A DNA stretch of 39,399 bases from Candidatus Iainarchaeum sp. (GTDB lineage Archaea > Iainarchaeota > Iainarchaeia > Iainarchaeales > Iainarchaeaceae), in NCBI GenBank assembly GCA_043812975.1, contig JBDRLP010000042.1, positions 1-39,399 on the forward strand, in the 5' to 3' direction. The notes under the pieces were generated by a model, which did no database searches, was not told where the DNA came from, and was given only the letters and a program-made list of their open reading frames with translations. How positions within the stretch are numbered: position 1 is the stretch's first letter; each line of letters opens with the position of its first letter. A program made the position numbers and the translations under genes. This document shows, piece by piece, positions 36,269 to 39,399 of the stretch.

Positions 36269-37319
36269 CGTCCTCACCCTCATCTTCACCATCTTCATCG
36301 TCTTCATCATCTTCATCTTGAGATTCTTCTATTGCATCATCAAGTTCTTCAGATGTTTCCTCACTTATCTCTCCTGTAGCATCAGATTCTTTAGCTGCCT
36401 TAATCAAAGCCTTCATTAATCTGAAGTCTTCAAGCAGTTTCTTGTTTGCTTCTTTCAGGAGCTCATGAGCCTCTCTAAGAATTTCTTTAGCATCTTCTTG
36501 AGTTTCAGCTTCAGCATATGCATCTCTCAACGCTTGATATTGTGTTTCCAATACATTAATATCTGAGTTGAGTTGAGCAATTCCTTCATCCAAACCATTG
36601 ACATCGCTTCCTCTTGCTTCAAGCTTATCAGCCAAAGCAGATAATCTTGCTGAAAAGGTTCTTGATTTGTTGATTATTCCATTGATGCCATTGCTTAATT
36701 TCATTCCGATGTTTCTTTGCATTTCCTGACTTTTTACTTTCCAATGAGATCTGATCTCTTTAGATAATTCAATTATCTCTTCTTTTGTCAGATCCTCATT
36801 TTCAAGCTCAATTTTCTTCTCTTCAAAATATGCAATTATTTCATCGATATTCTCAGGAACAGAATCACTTTCTTTTATTGCTTCAAGTCTAGCTAAAGTT
36901 GCCTCAACCTGTTCTAACAAAACAAGTCTTGACCTGTCCTTAAGAGCAGCTCTGATTTCTTCTTTTTGATTTTCTCTTGCCTCTTTTAATTCTTGTCTTA
37001 AAGAATTAAAGTCCTCAAGCTGGCCTCGAAGTTCTCTTCGCCTTTCCTGGTAATCTGATCTTGCGTCTAGGTAATTTTCTTTTCTTACTCTATACGCTTC
37101 TCTCGCTTGTTCAATTCTTTCTTTTATTTGATCATTAATTTCTCTTCTTGTATCTGAATCAATTCTAACCGGATTCGCAATACCGTTCATTGCATTGCCG
37201 CGATTATCAGCATTATCCGAATTTCCTCTGTTTGCAGCATCTGAATCAGCTATTGCAATTGCAGAGAAAATAAGCATGAAAGCTAAAAATGATATCAAAA
37301 TAACATTTTTCGAATTCAA
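36261..37319 (-). CDS. Secreted coiled-coil protein with acidic tail
   Basis: Signal peptide, heptad-rich helical body, D/E tail, SD AAGGAGGT. Confidence 0.75.
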   Translation of the reverse strand: MNSKNVILISFLAFMLIFSAIAIADSDAANRGNSDNADNRGNAMNGIANPVRIDSDTRREINDQIKERIEQAREAYRVRKENYLDARSDYQERRRELRGQLEDFNSLRQELKEARENQKEEIRAALKDRSRLVLLEQVEATLARLEAIKESDSVPENIDEIIAYFEEKKIELENEDLTKEEIIELSKEIRSHWKVKSQEMQRNIGMKLSNGINGIINKSRTFSARLSALADKLEARGSDVNGLDEGIAQLNSDINVLETQYQALRDAYAEAETQEDAKEILREAHELLKEANKKLLEDFRLMKALIKAAKESDATGEISEETSEELDDAIEESQDEDDEDDEDGEDEGEDDE

Positions 37320-37502
37320 TTTTATACCTCCTTTTACCCTAATGGGTTTTTACTACAACCATTACTGCCTTTGTTATTTAAATAAATACTTACAGCTCTT
37401 GAGAATTTAAAGCTTTATACGGACTTTTTTACTCGAATAAAACTTTATGATTCCCTTAATGTTTTAGAAATGGTTATAAAGAGTTTTTCAGAAACTTGAT
37501 TA

Positions 37503-38267
37503 ATGAAAAAAGAATTTATTATTCTTGGTTTAATTTTCTTTGCTAGCTTTGCTAGTGCCACAACTATTTCAGGAACCTTGTTTGAATGGTACACTCTTGA
37601 ACCTTTAGATATTGCGATTGTTGAGATTGATACAACCCCAAAGCAGACAATTGTAACTGAAAACGGAGAATACTCATTCAATGTTAATCCAGGAACTTAC
37701 AATTTACAGGCACATTACTTTGTAGAAAACAAATTGGTTTATCTGGCTGAAGAATCAATTACAATTGAGGAAGAAGGAACTTTTACAGTTGACCTGATAA
37801 TGTTCCCGTCAATCGAAGAACCGGAATTTCTATTTGATGAAACTGATGAATTAGGAGTTCCGCTTGAGGGGCTTGAAGAAGAACCAGAAAATAATTCAGG
37901 ACAAATTATTGGAGGACTTGTTCTGATTGTTATATCTCTTGTGCTTATTTTTTACGGAGCAAGGAAAATAATAAAATCCGCAACAGGATTAGAAACTGAA
38001 AGAATCGGCATTGAGGAAAAGTACTTTGAAAGACCAAAAGAATTCCTGAAAAAAGAAAACGAAATTGGAAAAGATGAACTTGACAGAGACACAAAGGAAG
38101 TTCTTGAAATCCTGAAACGCTACGGCGGAAGAATGACTCAGAAAGATCTTCGTGACAAAGTTACTTTCGGTGAAGCCAAAACAAGTCTTGTTGTAGCAGA
38201 ACTGGAAGAAATGGGAAAAATAAAGAAATTCAAAAAAGGAAGAGGAAATATTATTATTTTGAAATAA
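37503..38267 (+). CDS. Membrane-anchored protein: extracellular beta-sandwich, TM helix, C-terminal wHTH (COG2512-like)
   Basis: Signal peptide, NGEYSFNVNPGTY, TM segment, GGRMTQKDLR...EAKTSLVVAELE..GKIKKFKKGRGN. Confidence 0.8.
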   Translation: MKKEFIILGLIFFASFASATTISGTLFEWYTLEPLDIAIVEIDTTPKQTIVTENGEYSFNVNPGTYNLQAHYFVENKLVYLAEESITIEEEGTFTVDLIMFPSIEEPEFLFDETDELGVPLEGLEEEPENNSGQIIGGLVLIVISLVLIFYGARKIIKSATGLETERIGIEEKYFERPKEFLKKENEIGKDELDRDTKEVLEILKRYGGRMTQKDLRDKVTFGEAKTSLVVAELEEMGKIKKFKKGRGNIIILK

Positions 38268-38269
38268 AA

Positions 38270-39106
38270 TTATTGCTTTTCCAAAACCACACCATAACCC
38301 TGAATCAGGCCAGTAGAATCTTTAATAACTTCCAGTTCATCTACTTTTAATCCCGAATCTTTGAAAAATCCCCGGATTGATTTTTCGCTTCGGAAAACTT
38401 TATTCTGTTTTCCTTTAGACCAAATTGGTCTTACTGATTCCAAAACAGCACTCATACCTGCAATTGATTCGTTAATTTGCTGCTTTCTAGACTCAGAAGA
38501 AGTAAGATCCAATTTATCATAAAGCTGACGAGAAAATAATTCTACAAACTCAGCCCGATATTTTCCAATATTATACCGGTTCTTTTTAATTGAATCCAAA
38601 AGAGCAAGTTCCCTTGCTGTTTTTGCGGCATTGCGTTTAATGCTTCCTACTTCAACTGAAGAAGGATGATGAAAAACAAAAATCGCTTTTCCTTTTTTCT
38701 TTAATACTCTTTTAATTTCTGATAGTGTTTTTTCTCTGTCAACATATTCAAAAACAAAAGACATGAAAATCTTGTCAAACCTTTCCTTCCCAAAAGGAAG
38801 TGCTTCAGCCAATGACCTGAGACGCCTGTATTCAACAGTGTGAGGCATTGAAGATCTGACAAAAGTTGGTTCTGATGCAACTACACTAATTTTTGGATTT
38901 TTTAAGTGCGATGTAACCTGCGAAAAACCGGAGCCAATGTCAAGAATAGAATGCTTCCTCCTACCTTTGACTCCTGCTTCCATTCTTTCAACAGACCAAC
39001 CTAAAACAGGATGACCATAAGTATAACTCGGACTCTTTATCCCTGCTGAATGAAGACCTTGCCAGCCAACTAAAGAAGATTTAGTTGCAGACTTTTTTTT
39101 TAGCAT
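38270..39106 (-). CDS. Class I SAM-dependent methyltransferase
   Basis: ILDIGSG, AEALPF...FD, EIKRVLKKKG. Confidence 0.8.
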   Translation of the reverse strand: MLKKKSATKSSLVGWQGLHSAGIKSPSYTYGHPVLGWSVERMEAGVKGRRKHSILDIGSGFSQVTSHLKNPKISVVASEPTFVRSSMPHTVEYRRLRSLAEALPFGKERFDKIFMSFVFEYVDREKTLSEIKRVLKKKGKAIFVFHHPSSVEVGSIKRNAAKTARELALLDSIKKNRYNIGKYRAEFVELFSRQLYDKLDLTSSESRKQQINESIAGMSAVLESVRPIWSKGKQNKVFRSEKSIRGFFKDSGLKVDELEVIKDSTGLIQGYGVVLEKQ

Positions 39107-39216
39107 ATAAATGAATCTCAACGAATATAATAAAGCTCACCTCTAACCAAAGTTCAAAATCAAAGGAAAAGTAACCATTCGAAAGTAGTAAAAAAAGAAA
39201 TGTACTCTATTATTCT

Positions 39217-39399
39217 ATGGCTTTGGATTTGTTCAGCGATGATACTGAAAAACTCCTGACAGGAATACTACTAATAGTACTGGCAACAGTACTGCTCTTA
39301 AGCGGCCTGAACTTATTGTTTGATTTCACTTATTTCTTCTCACAGGAACTTGATATTGTTCTAGCATTTATAGCAATAATAATAGGAATAACCCTTATT
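39217..39399 (+). CDS. Small membrane protein (partial, runs off the window)
   Basis: MALDLFSDDTEKLLTGILLIVLATVLLLSG...: two hydrophobic helices, no stop within the window. Confidence 0.55.
   Translation, partial: MALDLFSDDTEKLLTGILLIVLATVLLLSGLNLLFDFTYFFSQELDIVLAFIAIIIGITLI

Noticed and set aside
36261..36320. TCATC/TTCATC tandem-like repeats
   Set aside because: They simply encode the Asp/Glu-rich protein tail.

Overview
AT-rich archaeal genomic window, with archaeal FEN1, L40e, EndA, a DGGGP synthase-like UbiA, histones and BRE/TATA promoters. The gene set suggests a DPANN lineage such as Iainarchaeota/Diapherotrites (inference). The left edge holds a tyrosine integrase interrupted by an in-frame TAA, just downstream of tRNA-Glu(UUC), which has an unexplained GC-rich structured 5' leader. 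Next is a housekeeping/salvage block: thiN-thiBPQ, folC, fen, trpS, endA, a histone and ilvD. From about 18.8 to 31.95 kb lies an accessory region: lipoproteins, a clostripain-like protease, a PIN/UPF0175 TA pair, a Fic protein and a CBS/KefB/P-type ATPase/ArsR module. Its modules are separated by four same-orientation copies of AGAT(G/T)GGCGGACTGA. Two copies sit inside complete box C/D sRNA-like genes whose D guide matches 16S rRNA C1402 by the N+5 rule. The other two are 3'-only remnants forming a 36-nt direct repeat around the cation-transport module. A possible 5' half with a promoter marks the left border. The main hypothesis is a C/D guide-RNA locus acting as a repeated integration or recombination hotspot for gene cassettes. 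The right end returns to core genes: bcp, ferredoxin, nfo, cobA, a second histone-fold protein and a RIO-like kinase.
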